Positions 38,901 through 51,279 are shown, counted from the stretch's first letter. The stretch is DNA of 64,000 nucleotides from Monocercomonoides exilis PA203 (GCA_001643675.2 LSRY02000049.1:124001-188000), one strand, 5' to 3'. Numbers and translations: made by a program. The notes: generated by a model not told the origin, from the letters alone.

Positions 38901-40780
38901 GATCTCAATGGCTTTCCTCACTCTGTGAGCCTTTCTATTGCAATGCCTCAACATTCTCCGCATCGAATGCTCCTTTTGACGCGATGTATCATCTCTTGTC
39001 AGTGTTTGCAGACTCATCTCATTCAATGGAATCGCTTCTCCATCCTTTAGCAGCAACAGATTCGCCTTTGGATTATCGTATTCCTTTCTTGCTTCTCTCA
39101 ACGATTAGCTCTGGAATGAAAATCGGCTCTCTCCCACCGTCTCCACTAAAAGGACAGCCTTTGGGATCATTTGAAAGTGCCTTGTCATTTGCTTCAATCT
39201 CTCCTCTCTTTCTAAGAACTACAGTCAATTTTGCATATCAGCTGACTTCTGCTGGGTTGTGGGAATGGGCAATATTCGTGATTTTGTCTCTTCCCGTTGC
39301 AGATAACTACTTTTTACCAATGGTTAATTCTTCAACAGCATCGGCTGATATTTCTGCTTCTGCTTCATCATCATCATCATCTTCTTCTTCTTCTTCTTCT
39401 TCTTCTTCTTCTTTGAGTGGTGCAATCTCAATCAATCAACAACGCCATAATCCTATTTCAAGTAAAACCGGCACACTGTTTCCACTTTTTGATTGTGGTC
39501 TAACCAAAAAGGAGATAAACAAGCTCAGATCTGAATCATTCAAATTCCCCACGACTGATTTGGAAGGAAGAGGAATAGACGAGTTGCCATTTCGATGGAA
39601 GATGATTCGCCTGGTTCTTCTTCGAGCTGCGCATCAACTCGCACAAATGGCATCTCAGTCTGCTTTCTCAACATCTTCTGACGCCCAATTAATGGGAGAA
39701 TGGGACATGTTTCCAGCGATTCCTTCTTCACTTCACTTTTGTTCTCTCAATGGCCACCTGCCAGCTGATCAGCCTAACACATCAAAGCTTCCATTTCTTT
39801 TCCGCTTTGCCACTGACATTTTGTGTGTGCCAATGGAATGGATCCACGAAATGATTGCAGTGTATCTGTCATCTCAGTCTGAGCCTGCTGCAAATACTCG
39901 AAGACGAGCAATTTTCCACTCTCTGTGCGGATGTCAATGGTCTCTTGCACATCGGCTTCTTCTTAACGAAGCTGAGGCAATCATTGAATCAACCATCCTT
40001 TCATCTCCTCTTTTTGTTGCTCTTATTCAGTCTCAAGCACCAATTGTAAATCATTCTTCATCTGTTCTGCAAAAGGGATCACAGGCTTCAAATTCTGAAA
40101 CATTGAACCACACTTCACATCTTGTTAGAGAAGCATTTCTCTTTGATGAAGAAGAAGACTTCAGTTCTTTGTTGCCAAGTGAAATAAAAGCAGACTTTAA
40201 CATTTCACCAACGTCTGCTTCTGCTTCTTCATCTTCGTCTTCGCCTTCGTCTTTCGCTTCCTCACCCACATTTCTTTTTGATAACAATGAAGAATTGAAG
40301 CAATCAATTATCGAAACTGATACACTCGTTTCATCTAATCAGGCTTTTTCTTCATCAAAAGAAATTGTGTCTCTTATCAAATGTCTTGAAGCAATAAATA
40401 AAGCAATAGTTTGTGGAAATGCAACAGTATCTTCTTTCAATGAAAATGGAGGAGGACTAATTCTTCGATTCGTTAACGTAATGAAGCAGTTTGAAGAAGC
40501 TTTCATTCTTCCTCCAAAATCTAAGTCCTCTGCTTCAACTCCGATGCTTCTCTTGACATCACTTCCTTCGTCACTTCAATCACTTCACTCTGATTTGTCC
40601 AATCTTGAATCCGATATTTGCGAGTGCATTATTTGGAACAGTCAAACCTCTTCATTGATGCACACGCAGGCTCTGATGAAACTGGTTGTTTCAAAGGCAG
40701 AAATGATTTTAGCTCGGGAGCTAACAGAGTTAGACGCGAGCCATTATATCAATTCACCATCTCACCAAATAGAATTTTAA
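32969..40780 (+). CDS. NUP98: Nucleoporin Nup98-Nup96 precursor (Nup145-like)
   Basis: FG-repeat N-terminus; GLEBS motif KSIEELRLEDY; autopeptidase domain GQITFLEPVDL..GEGLNHPA..WCFRVKHF|SKYGL (36650-36658); helical Nup96 region (GLWEWAIFV). Confidence 0.95.
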   Translation: MINPFATTPAANPFGAPAANPFGAAPAANPFGAPASGAANPFGTAPAANPFGTAAPAANPFGTAPAANPFGVQPAANPFGAPAPAANPFGTQPAANPFGTQPAANPFGTTPAANPFGTTPAANPFGTAPAANPFGAPAATANPFGAPAPAANPFGAPAANPFGTTPAANPFGAQPAANPFGAPAATTNPFGAPAATTNPFGIPSTGATGIFGATNGLTQIPGATTPPQQQVLPHGTTLGIGQPKTVQDPQKVGHTLVFCAVNHQPQYVHKSIEELRLEDYFLGRVIAGQGIQSANQIPADKLNVSFSVVKGAAAASPFGAPAAGATNPFGAATTPAANPFGAPAAGTTNPFGAPAATNPFGAPAAAATNPFGAPAANPFGAPASTNPFAAGATATNPFGAPASTNPFATTQPAANPFGAPAATANPFAAPAANNPFATGAAATNPFATGATTTAAANPFGGAAAPANPFAPQGTTANNPFATNTANPFATAGTGTAAANPFAQTTTTTNPFAPSATANNPFANPATANPFAPQGTAANAAAAAAAYNPFALNPAAVACAYPAASLPPQTLKDLFPGMQPAPGTTAPSGTSVSSPYGQSLLYDPRFSLAISDDLQAATDTKDGNALQSDSQTKPDGNLSSLSSSAAASASLSPDAISANAPQASASSILLSAAAETHKTRTPTTLNNPLATLLQTPSLLQIDDIPTATTATSLTGSSSTDSSGNKTDAVVEMSQGLLSRYSSGMVPPKSSSNNTSSSVTANLQNKIASFASKISPYPSLFDKSSSFESVVVEPTTVIIQPTKDVKRLFIDDPVALVNKLKRNAQSYSSSLFEGNGDFIINFPKESSKMTVPSSPSPSSTPSPLQSPLSEHPSNSKRGQSTTPLDSPIGSGQAYSSYPITRNEKSCMEDERDRDEYSREQSHMKYRNPEQQEGYGSSPVLQNVPSRYHNVDDVIQSKDEWGEASEQNPMASFQSMQEPKCNSRSSSSTPRSQNQPRSLSRPQSASRYSTPTILTPRSEASAHSLRSLHDKLADNGFDRDELREKPDWIPSKYPPMMTDDTYRCSPSIKTLSTYSDAELAAVEQFKIWKPHFGQITFLEPVDLRGGIVLNEIVVFRSKEVEVYPCEDEDEEEEEDKEKKHSREESSNKKNSQQQKKNAKIECPKPGEGLNHPAEIMLFGVFVYEKGTKEQSTDPVRIKRFSKKIKERTAAIGGEFVSYSPNEGVWCFRVKHFSKYGLVDDDDDEEDDVENENGLDKEYESTGNEAFPRSKQMIGESPKSVSDVPRPMNFLESHTTPSSSVFVNPVLTQMNVTLLSSPANTNFFPASHQLSDNIISSSPSSRFTSTQSKERDLSSTEIHSNLQTKMRNSILLNNTLSAPRSSSSSEKAKLPSQQMDKETVNRVLEVASSMVITSKPPITIHFSSRQSAPFASNSGKSQSDPMNLFRDSFEIAWAKTGTTTNNSNQNTAGCGYVLFIPKRRRDLKEAVASLSLTQTNTLPGMPGTSQNSVKASSASEIVQHLSEADFPSDYFAQTKKFPPQPLSTPPLFSTYRVVSAPGFESMALARSVVFPFLSVLLGIARKFNSKTTPASVIQCKVSASLLRIAADMEATYNAFIQNSENTDRTSLIVQPIIRAMNLMKLASALWTPIVSSPSGIVSESTVILSERDYYGHPILMEQRVRAISRCLSEIVGCDVEADIERVTSSLAAIQQPSVHQKYSQAVSQILLCLTGHQVERAVTIASEAGFHRLALLLSEIETVTWMPHSHPPLCGQQSHQKPLFTALMQAQVALWDDDSQREKVEDELLSVIKVLSGSLPLLKEVGWMRVFAMLFWYRLSVSKDEDEERSISSNEATSTVANALSRFHSSVQSGMSTPPFVPSNSNISKKLCNEQKMEEDVEAIESSDNGANDFIVESLHRRFHFELHANETKQEDNFSKCTKNCAQHFLSEELIHPNERKKRQIAESSIASSEKRDESIISRSLRSQWLSSLCEPFYCNASTFSASNAPFDAMYHLLSVFADSSHSMESLLHPLAATDSPLDYRIPFLLLSTISSGMKIGSLPPSPLKGQPLGSFESALSFASISPLFLRTTVNFAYQLTSAGLWEWAIFVILSLPVADNYFLPMVNSSTASADISASASSSSSSSSSSSSSSSSLSGAISINQQRHNPISSKTGTLFPLFDCGLTKKEINKLRSESFKFPTTDLEGRGIDELPFRWKMIRLVLLRAAHQLAQMASQSAFSTSSDAQLMGEWDMFPAIPSSLHFCSLNGHLPADQPNTSKLPFLFRFATDILCVPMEWIHEMIAVYLSSQSEPAANTRRRAIFHSLCGCQWSLAHRLLLNEAEAIIESTILSSPLFVALIQSQAPIVNHSSSVLQKGSQASNSETLNHTSHLVREAFLFDEEEDFSSLLPSEIKADFNISPTSASASSSSSSPSSFASSPTFLFDNNEELKQSIIETDTLVSSNQAFSSSKEIVSLIKCLEAINKAIVCGNATVSSFNENGGGLILRFVNVMKQFEEAFILPPKSKSSASTPMLLLTSLPSSLQSLHSDLSNLESDICECIIWNSQTSSLMHTQALMKLVVSKAEMILARELTELDASHYINSPSHQIEF
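32975..34617 (+). repeat. Coding NPFG/NPFA repeat arrays of Nup98 (two blocks flanking GLEBS)
   Basis: About 44 NPF motifs (AAYCCNTTY) spaced ~24-36 nt apart. Confidence 0.9.
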
Positions 40781-41058
40781 AGATTTTGTCATTAAACACT
40801 TTTTCAAACAAATATAAACAAAAATTTTCAATATTTCTTTTCAATAATGATGTGTTAATTTGTTGTCACAGAACTCTCAAGGTATAGTCAGTGTAAAGGA
40901 TGTCAGACTTAAGCAAAAAAACTTACAATAAAACTTCAAAAAAACTAATAAATAAAAATAATAATAATTTGATTATGATAGTTGAGAAGTAAAGTGCCTG
41001 AGATGATTTATCATCTGGAAGGAAGAAAGAGGATGTGTAATGTTCATATGTTATGAAC

Positions 41059-41894
<836 letters not shown>

Positions 41895-42489
41895 TGCGAA
41901 CGGCTTCAAATAAATGAATTGATCTCTTGAGAATACTTTATTGTGGTTCGATCAAAAAGTAAAATAAAAATTTTTTAATTGCAGAAAGAAACCTTGAAAT
42001 ACATTAAAATAACAAGAAAGACAGTAAACCTGAGTGACGTGAAGAAGATTTTCCCTTCACGTCCGTCACTGGAGTTTTTTCACGTCAGTATTTAAAAATT
42101 TCAAATTCGTTTGTTTTTTGGTGTCCAATGGAAAAAATTTCTAAAAAAACATTCATTCAAAAAAATTATTAATCATATTTTAATGCATTTTCAAATTTTT
42201 AAATTTTTTTGTTCCATAATTATTTTTGCAAAATTTTCAAAAATCAAAGATCAGCGATTGGACATTACAATCGTTTGGAAAATTTATGATTTGTTTATTA
42301 TTTTTTGATAAATTGCTTGACCCATATATTCTGAATATATTGAACTTCAATATGAAAAAGAAATGGATATTGACATGTTTGCTTAAATTTTTATTTTTGT
42401 TGTTTATGAAAAAGAAATAATACCATTTTCAATAGTCATGAAATGCAATTTTTCTATTTAAGTTTGAGATAGAAACTTTAAGATTTGAA

Positions 42490-43088
42490 ATGATTTCTAT
42501 TTCTCTTTTTGTTCTAATTTTTCAACTATTTAAGAAATAGAGCTACGTATTTCAAACAAGAAGTATTCCTTTGGATAAACAAAATTTTGTGGACTCATAA
42601 GGTGCTGAAGAAGGATTTTCTGTTTTAAATAGAGAAGAAGGTTTGTTATTTATTTGTTTTACAAAATATGAATGTTTATTTATTGACAGCTTTTGCACTG
42701 ATTTCAGAGCAGCAGATAGAAATGATCGAAAATGAATAAAAGCACTATTTCTTGTTATTCAGTCTGACTATCAAGATCGGACAGCGAATTCATAAGGAAA
42801 GTGTTCAGGATGAAGGGACTTGGAAGGGAATTGGAGATGAAATTTTCTGACGAAAAACAATCTTTTTTTCACTAAGAAAGATGGAATTTGAGCAGAAAAT
42901 GTAAATTTCACATTTTTCAGAAGGACCAGAAATCGATGCATTTGATGGAGAAACAACTGATGGAAAATACGGTTGGAGAATCAGATGATGAAACACTTGA
43001 AAACAGAAGGAATTATGAATTTTTATTGGAGGGAAACAGGTGCCAATAGGATAACATAGAGTTATTGACTTGAGCATTGGTTCTGAAG
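42490..43088 (+). pseudogene. Intron-containing fragment of a secreted-protein gene (hAT cargo)
   Basis: Signal-peptide-like MISISLFVLIFQLF; GTTTG..CAG intron 42641-42689 preserving the frame; next donor at 43089; many in-frame stops. Confidence 0.5.
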
Positions 43089-44090
43089 GTTTGATATTGT
43101 TATTTTTTGAAGTAATTATAATTTTGTTTTAAGAATGCTGAAAGAGCGAAGGATAAGATGATTTTGAAGAATAAAAAGAAAAGTTGGGAAGGAAGAATAA
43201 AGAAGGACAGATGAAATGCGAGATATTTCGAAGATACTTGGCATTGGGCTTTGGCGAAGAATTAGTTTTTGAAGAAAGATAATTTGAGTGAAATAAGGGA
43301 AGCGAAAGAAGAAGAGATGGAATGAAAAAGAGATTGACGCATGCTTTGTATTTTTAGATGGAGAGAGAAAAGATTGAGCTGAAAGTGAAAAACTATTCAA
43401 AGGTTTCTCCTCTGCAGAAGAAGACAATAACCTGAAGACGAGAATTTCAATGAATTTCTCCATTGGTATTTATTTGCTCTCATCATCTCAATTTTCAACA
43501 ATTAATAATCTCATTCAATCCATTCATCATCATCTTCTTCTTCAAATATATCAACAACATTTCACACGCTTCTTCTTCATTATCATCATTCACTTCATCT
43601 GATTGGATTTCTTCACATTCTGAGTTGAAATCAGAGATCATGAATGAAATGAAAAGGAAACAAGGAAATATGTTGATGAAGGAAAACATAACAAATCAAA
43701 ATGAGAAAAAGATGAATAGAAAATGAAAAATAAGAAAGATGGTTGAATAAAGTGAAAGAAAACAAAGTTCTTGATCTAATAAAATATTTTGAAAGGAAAT
43801 GTGGTCAAAAGAATTGAAGAAATTTTTGTGATGATAAATATTTAGTGAAAAAGGAGAAAAGAAGGACGAGAAGAGAATAACGAACCAGAAATGCATGCAA
43901 CAGCGGAGCAAGATGAGGATAAAGAAATGATAACTGAAGATGACAATGAAGCAGAAACAGAAGAAATAGCTCCATTACTATTTGCACTGAGCGGTGGCTG
44001 AAACAGAAATACTTTTAAAAGAAGAGAAGCTTTATGCAGCTCCGAAAATCGGATAGTCGAGCTATTTTTGAACAACATTCTCAAAAATAT

Positions 44091-46451
44091 CTACTGATAT
44101 GGCTCTCTGAAACCGTCGTTCCATTCACAATCTTCGTTTCCTTCGCCCAGCATCCCCCTCATCCTTCCATCCAAATCATCTCCATCCAAATCCTGCAGCC
44201 CATCCAACCCACCAAACTTCTCCTTCTTCGACGACATCCGCCATTCGTGTCCTCTTCCTCCTTCATTTGAGTCTTGCATCCACAAAGGAGGTAGACAAAC
44301 TGCGCTGCCTTGCTTGTTTGTTGCTCCAGTTGAAATAATCCATTGAATTCCATGAATCTCCTGTGATTGTATAGACCCCTGAAGTACCATTTCCCTTTGA
44401 GAATTCAATGGAACTGAAACTGTACCAGAACCAGAAGAAGAGCCAGAAGACGGATTCAATAAAGGAGGAAGAGATCCAATTATGCCGCTCACTTCTTCTG
44501 CATCAGTCATCCTCCTTCCTTCAGCACTGCTGCTTCTTGGTGACTCTCTCAGTTGGATCAGGTTACTTTTGTCCTCTCTTGGAGTTCCTTTTATAGCGGA
44601 CGTCGTTGGAGAAAGGTTGTTCATCCCAAACGCTTCTCTCTTCTTTTCCTTCTGCAAAATCCTTATCTTCTGCTCCACTTTTGCCTGTGCTGCTATTTCC
44701 AGTACCTGCTTCGTGGTCTCATTGAGCTGAATGCAACTGATCAATGCTCGCGATTGCAGTGTAAATGCAGCAGCTGCTGAAAGCGGATCAACAGGCTGCC
44801 TAGTCGGCGCCAATAGAAACTGGTTTTCTTCGTTTCTCGCTTTTTCCAGTACAGGGCGGAACTGCTCAAGTCGTGTGGCTATTTGAATGCCACGCGACTT
44901 CGTCATGCGCTCAATGACACTCACTCTCAGTGGCTTCTTGCGGATGCTTGGCTGATGCGGTGCAATTGCAAGTGAGGAGGAAGATGAAGATTGAGAAGAC
45001 ATCGGAAAAGAAGAAGGAATTCCTTTGATTTTTCCCAGTTGAAAGTGCTGAAGGAGAATGAGGCGATGACGGAGTGATCATAAGTTTTGCCTGAGTTTAT
45101 GTTGGAAACAACAACATTAGATAAAGAGGATGAAGAAGAAGCATTCATAAAAGAAGTTCGACATGTTGAAGGGAAACATTGATACAAAAAGATCTGAATA
45201 ACTTTTGAACTTGCTTCTTCATTATTCACAGCAAATGAAGTTGAAGTATTCTGATTTTCAATTGAAGAATTCCACTTCGAATTCATCGAAAGAGAAAGTT
45301 ACAGAAGTAAATTCACCTAAATAACAGAATGCATCACATAAAGTTGTTCATCGCACACACATTTCTATCCTTCTGCAATTTTTCCTTTGATCGGCAGAAT
45401 CGTCAAAACCTGCAACTTGATCAGCGGATGGATCTCTTTCCAGTCATGCAGGATGTCTCTCTTCTTTCTTTTCTCGTACGCCCTCTTCTGCAGCGCCAGG
45501 TGCCGCCTCACACGAGTACACATCAAACACGCCAGACTCCGCTCGATGCTCCTACCAGCCACACTCATAAAGCCAATTCTTTCATGTGGCAACAAACACA
45601 GCTGCAAAGGTAGCGGAGAAAGAGTAGCTGGAATTGTTGTCGTTTTTTCATGTGCTAGCGGCTTTGTTCCTTTTTCGCGATGAAGTCTTCATCGGCCAGA
45701 AGCGCTTGCGGCACAGTCTCCATATGAGTGATACCTTCTGTCCATCACTTCCTTCTCTTAACTCCTCCTCCTCCAACATTCTCGTTCATCTCGTTCATTG
45801 AGCTGTTTCTGCTTTCCAGCTTGATTGGAATCCTCACAAAATAACCTATTTTCATCAACTGATGGAAGCTCCGGTTTATTGTCTGCTTTCCACACTCCAG
45901 CACAATCCCCCTTGTATCAGGGCACTCAAGCAGAGGGAAATCAGACGCCGATGCATTCAGCCGCTCCACATCACTCAGGTCGAGTCTGTAGTCGATGCTC
46001 GTCCCACCTTCGTTCCGCAGCACAATCGACTGCATTGGTGCATCCACCTCGCCGATGGGCACATGCTCCAGAAAATGCATCGCCGTCGTCTCTGCGCCTC
46101 GTCCACTCTCAAACACAACATGTGCATCAGTTGGACTCAGCGTCTGGCACACGATCTCCAAAATGTCTTGCTTCCCAGCGGAGCAGCATCCAAATAGAAT
46201 GGCAGGTGCAGCAGATTCTGCAGCAAGCGCATATCAGCCTCTATGATAAGTTTTTCTTCGTGGAGGTTGAATATCCCCGCTGATAGTGTGAGCTCGTGGG
46301 CATAAATATGGTTTAGATAGTTAAATGACAGCTTTTCCTGCAGAATCGTCTTTTCAGTGATCCAGCTGTGCTCATCCACACAGCTGAAGAGGGAAGGATT
46401 CTTGAGATTTCTCCAAAACATGAAACTGTAAGTGCATTTGGCTAGATTCAA
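44091..46451 (-). pseudogene. CFAP65/CCDC108-like axonemal protein fragment (hAT cargo)
   Basis: HVPIGEVDAPMQSIVLRNEGGTSIDYRLD..DFPLLECPDTRGIV..YFVRIPIKL resembles the CFAP65 Ig/ASH-like segment from memory; broken by frameshifts and stops; assignment of 44091-45002 to the same donor is uncertain. Confidence 0.5.
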
Positions 46452-47122
46452 AGGGCCAAAAAATGTTTTGATCGTGCGGAGCTCTCTTCACAGAATGGCG
46501 TTGCTGTGTTGTTTTTTTGGACGGGCCAGGCAGAATTGCTAATGTCGAAATAGTTAAAGAAGGAATGATTTGTTAATCGAATGGTTTTAGAAGAGGAAGA
46601 GAAGAATAAAGGAAAGATACAAACAATTAATGACTTTATGAATGAAGGCCAGTGAAGTGATCTTCATTTCACAAGCTGTATCAATCGAATGAAATGATTA
46701 AATGCTAACACTCAAACAAATCAATATTCATTTTATAATAAAGGTTAAAATTGATGATGCTGAGAAAGTGCATCTATATTTTTTGTTTTGTTTTCATTTT
46801 GCATTGTTCATTTGAAACAATCTTTCATAAAATTTCAATTTCAAAGTCCTTCATTACAGGAACATAAAACCACAAGTTTGCGATGTTAGACAAAGAGAAT
46901 GAACGTTTTATATTATGATAAAAACATATGTCTGCATGATTTTTCATTTTTAAAATACATATTATGAGAAATCATTCGCAACTTAAAGATCATTTTATCA
47001 CGTTGAAAGCGTTGTATTTTTGAATATGATTTATATGTTTTGCTTGTTCAATAAGAATAACTTGAAAAATAGAATGAAATGAAATAAATTTTTAAAAGAC
47101 AAATACAAAACAGTGATTAAAG

Positions 47123-50031
47123 TCAAATATGAAGTAATGCTTCCAAAGTTTGTAAGCTTATCGAGTTTCTTTTATCTCCAATTATGTTTTTGATTTTCGA
47201 AATAATTCTCTCGCAACTAGCTTCGCTGCATGGAGATAGGATTAGTGACAAACATAAGCCTGAATACAACGATTGGAGATTACCAAACTCAGCAATTACA
47301 TTGTAAAAGATTTCTGGATCTTTTTCGAGCATTTCTTCCGGCTTCGATTTCATCTGATTTTCAAAGAACAACTTGCAAGCAGTTATAGAATTGTTTCCAT
47401 AATCTTTAAGCACGCTCCGAGCATAATTCGTAAATGATCTGTCAAGTCGAGGAAACCAGTTTGTGTATAGCAAATTTTGGATTTCTTGCAAAATAGTTTT
47501 TTCTTTCTCTTCGTTGAATTCTATACATAAATCTATTTTCTTTGTCGAAAATAATTCCTGTACTTCTTCTTCATCTTGAAACGTCTCTTCTCCAGCTGTG
47601 CTGCATGCACAATGAAAGGAGTCATTTCTCAATTCAGTATCGATATCTGAAAAATGTTCTGAAGAAGAAGAAGAAGATCTCAAAGTCTGCGAGATGGAAG
47701 AAGAAGGTGATGTTGATGATGACGCAAAATCTTCCCGTATAAATGAAGAATCTTCTGTTTCCAATTCCTTACGAAATAAACAATCATATACATCATCAAT
47801 CGCATCATTTTCTGCTTGTACAAGTCCATATTCGTCGCTTTCTTCGCTTTCACTGTCTTCCAAACCCTTCAATTCACCAATTTTCGTAAGATCATCTTTT
47901 TCTTTTTCTTCAATTTCTTTTATTAGTTTTTCGATCTCAATAAATTCCTCATTTTTATTTTCCGAACCTAAAAATCATGAAAAAATAAAAAAAAAAAAAA
48001 ATTAAATAAAAATGAAGAAATATTGATTGCAAACTATTGCTTTTAATTGATGAATTTTGTTTGTCGAAGCAAACTTGTTTTCTTTTTGGCGTTGAAAGAT
48101 CATAAATATCATGAGTATCTTCATTCATAAAGGAAGTTGAAGAATCGAAAGAATTAAAACTTTTTGACACAAAATATGTATTTTCCGAAATATCTAATGG
48201 AAAAGGCCAAGGATGAAAAATTGAAACAGGGAAAGATTGAGGTTGATTTAACAATGTTGTTTCACTTTCATCGGATTGTTGAATAGTACACCCCAATGGA
48301 AAAAAGGAAGAAAGTTGAGATTTCGGAAATGTATGTTTTCTTAATAGTTGTATTCCTTCTGGGGTTAATGCATAAGAAAGTGACACGTACTCCCCCCGAA
48401 TTCCTGTTAAAAAATAATTATGTAACAAAATGATAATGTTTACGATTGCGTTGCGCCATTTTGCATCTTGAAACAAACGATGCTTGGAAATATGAAAAAG
48501 ATAATCAAATGAATCGAGTAAATAAGGAAACACTCGAAAAAGCTTTGTTCTGTCTTTTTCAAACTTCAAATGTAGATTCTGTAGAGGGAAAAGCAACAAC
48601 TCAGTTTTGATGATATCTAACACACTTGAATAGTCCATAAATTTTTGATTAACAACAACATCGAATTTTTTCCTTACAAATGAAGAAATATTGTACAGGC
48701 TCATCCATCTTGTTGTGACGAATGAAGGAATGCGCTTTTTCAAGAGTGTTCTTACAGATTTAGAATGGGATCGTTGTGAAAAATCTTGTAACATTTGTTT
48801 GATGGAAATTAAAAATGGTATTTTTGAAAAAGCATTAATGATGACTAAATTTGTTAGATGGTTGCAGCAATGAATATGAACTGGAAAAAATGTGTATCTG
48901 TTTCTTTCAGAACTTCCTGATCTTGTTTCTTCGAATTCAGAGAATTGAGTTATTGCCTTTTTCTGTGAAGAAAAACCATCAGTGCAAAAACTTCTGATCA
49001 CTGCATTGAATGATCGAAACTCTGAGATTAATTGTTGAATGAATAAAAAAAACTCCGACGTTGTTCCACACGATTCATAAAGACCCCAAAAAAATGGAGA
49101 AGAATTCAAAGACAAAATGGAAACATTCACCACCATGAATTTTTTATTTGCAGCAGTTGCTCCATCAAACATTATGCTTATTCCCTTGTTTGAAACTTTT
49201 TGCTTTTTTTCCTTCTCTTTGTCAGTTTTTTCATTGATGATCAAATGAGAAATTTTCCTTCGTGTTAAGTATGGGAAAATTGACATAGGTGAAATAGAAG
49301 GATTTGCTTGACCGGCTCGAATTAAGGAGAATATGAATGTATTAACTTCCTTTGAGGATGAAGACAAAAAAGAAGCATTGCACCTTCCAACCATCGATAT
49401 AAACTGCTTTTCTAATTCTTTGGGTGAACAATCTCGTTCAAATGATATAGTGTGCTCTTGAGAACTTTTGGTAATGGGTAAATCTGTCTGTTTTTTGAAA
49501 TTCAAAAATTCTCTAATACTCAGTAAATCGCACTTGTGATGTTTAACAATAGAATAATTCTTCCTTCCTGATATGCCGCAAGCATATCCATCCTTGGATA
49601 CAGGGCAAAGGAAATACTTGTGACAATCTTTCCCTGTATATCCATTTTCGTCCGTAATTACATAAGTTATCCATAAACTATCTTCCAACAGTTCAAATTT
49701 GAGCTTTGATATATATTCATTTTTCTTTTTTGGATGAACGAACACTAGGAAAAATTAACAAAAAATGAATCTTGAATATTATTTTCAAATTTAACGTTAA
49801 CCTGTTCCATATTTTGAGTTAATGCGTTTTTGCAGTTGAACAAATGAGTACTTCGCTTTCTCCATTTTCTTTTTCATTTTTTCATAAGCTTCTTGCTGCA
49901 ATGAATCAAATACAAAATAAAATATTTTATCAAATTCATTTTTTTAAAAAGCAAACAATTATAGGGTTATTGATGCTCGAAACCAACTCATCTGGTAATT
50001 CACTTTGATAATCTTTCGACGGTATTTCCAT
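47123..50031 (-). CDS. hAT transposase, 4 exons (50031-49957, 49895-49802, 49744-48035, 47967-47123), ~907 aa
   Basis: SIMFDGAT, FCTDG, HIHCCNHLTNL, TRWMSLY and dimerisation motif SEASCERIISK..DKRNSISLQTLEALL; three GT-AG introns give one continuous 2724-nt frame. Confidence 0.9.
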
Positions 50032-51242
50032 TTGCGTATTGACTGAAGCTGACGTCAGTGACCGTCAATGACAATTGAAATTCCTCAAATGACTAATGCG
50101 TCAGTGGAATACATTTTATTTGTGTGATCAAAAATAAAAACAAAATTCTAAGATATTATTTATTAATTTTTTGAAGGTTAGAATAAAAGAATAAAAATAA
50201 TATTAACATTATCAAAACACTGTGAAAGAATTAATTAAAATTTTTCAGTGACGTGATAAAATTTCCAAGTCCGTCAGAATTCAAAAATTTTACGTCAAAA
50301 GTCATTACGTCACTCAGGTTTAAAAGACAGAATAATTCTTTTCACGTTATAACTTTTTGAATTTTGTTTGAATATCCTTCATTTTTTCATAATCTTGCAT
50401 TAAAAATATTTTGTATCTTTGATTTATAACTCAGAAAATTTTTGTCCAAAATTATTCAAAGCTTTTTCCAACAATCGTCAAACAGCAATAAAATAATTTG
50501 AGTTGCTTTCAATGAAAAATAACAAATTAATATTTTTTTCTTTAAAGATTATTTTTGGAATAATTAAAAAATTATTTTCGAAAAATAAATGTTACAAAGC
50601 GATCACCATTATAATCTGGACGAAAAAAGAAAAACAAACCAACAAAACAAATGATCTTCTTGGATGTGAAATAACAACTACAATGAAAAGAAAAATTAGA
50701 GGATTTCAATATTTGCACAGTCATATAATTTTTCTCACTTTGAAAAGAACAATTCTTTGTGATTGTTTTATAATGAAACATTTTTTTTTGTTCTTCGATA
50801 ACAAAAATGATTTTTTTGAAAAATTATAGTAAAGAATTCGAACAATCGAGATTAAAAGAAGATATCATTCTAAAAAAAAAATGATTTCACTTTTAAGTTG
50901 TCTCCTCCTTGTGGTTGAAACCTATTATTCACATGATTTGATTTTTGTGCAATTTTTTGCCTGAATAATCTTGAAAAGTTCCTTTTGAATAATTTTTTAG
51001 TGATAATGAAAACAGAATATTCAGATTAATTATCTGTTCCAATTCAACAAACTTTTCTCAGTTGAATATTTCTGGATTATTGAAATTCAACTTCGATTTT
51101 TGTGCAGTTTCTTGAGTGAGAACAGAAATTTGATTAAATTTTTAAAATTTCAATTTAACCTGAAAATTGAACACAACGAAGTTTTCAGAAAAATATGGAC
51201 AAATTACAAAATAGCTGATATTTTCTCTTTATTCAATGTTTT

Positions 51243-51245
<3 letters not shown>

Positions 51246-51279
<34 letters not shown>

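Larger units (their letters stand above)
42025..50322 (-). mobile_element. hAT DNA transposon, 8298 bp, with intact transposase and ~5 kb cargo
   Basis: 16-bp TIRs TAAACCTGAGTGACGT (42025-42040, 50307-50322); exact 8-bp TSD AAAGACAG at 42017-42024 and 50323-50330; subterminal CGTCA/TGACG repeats at both ends. Confidence 0.95.

Noticed and set aside
20587-40287. Many overlapping and antisense ORFs within PSD and Nup98
   Set aside because: Shadow frames of TCT/TCA/GCA low-complexity coding repeats with no independent motifs
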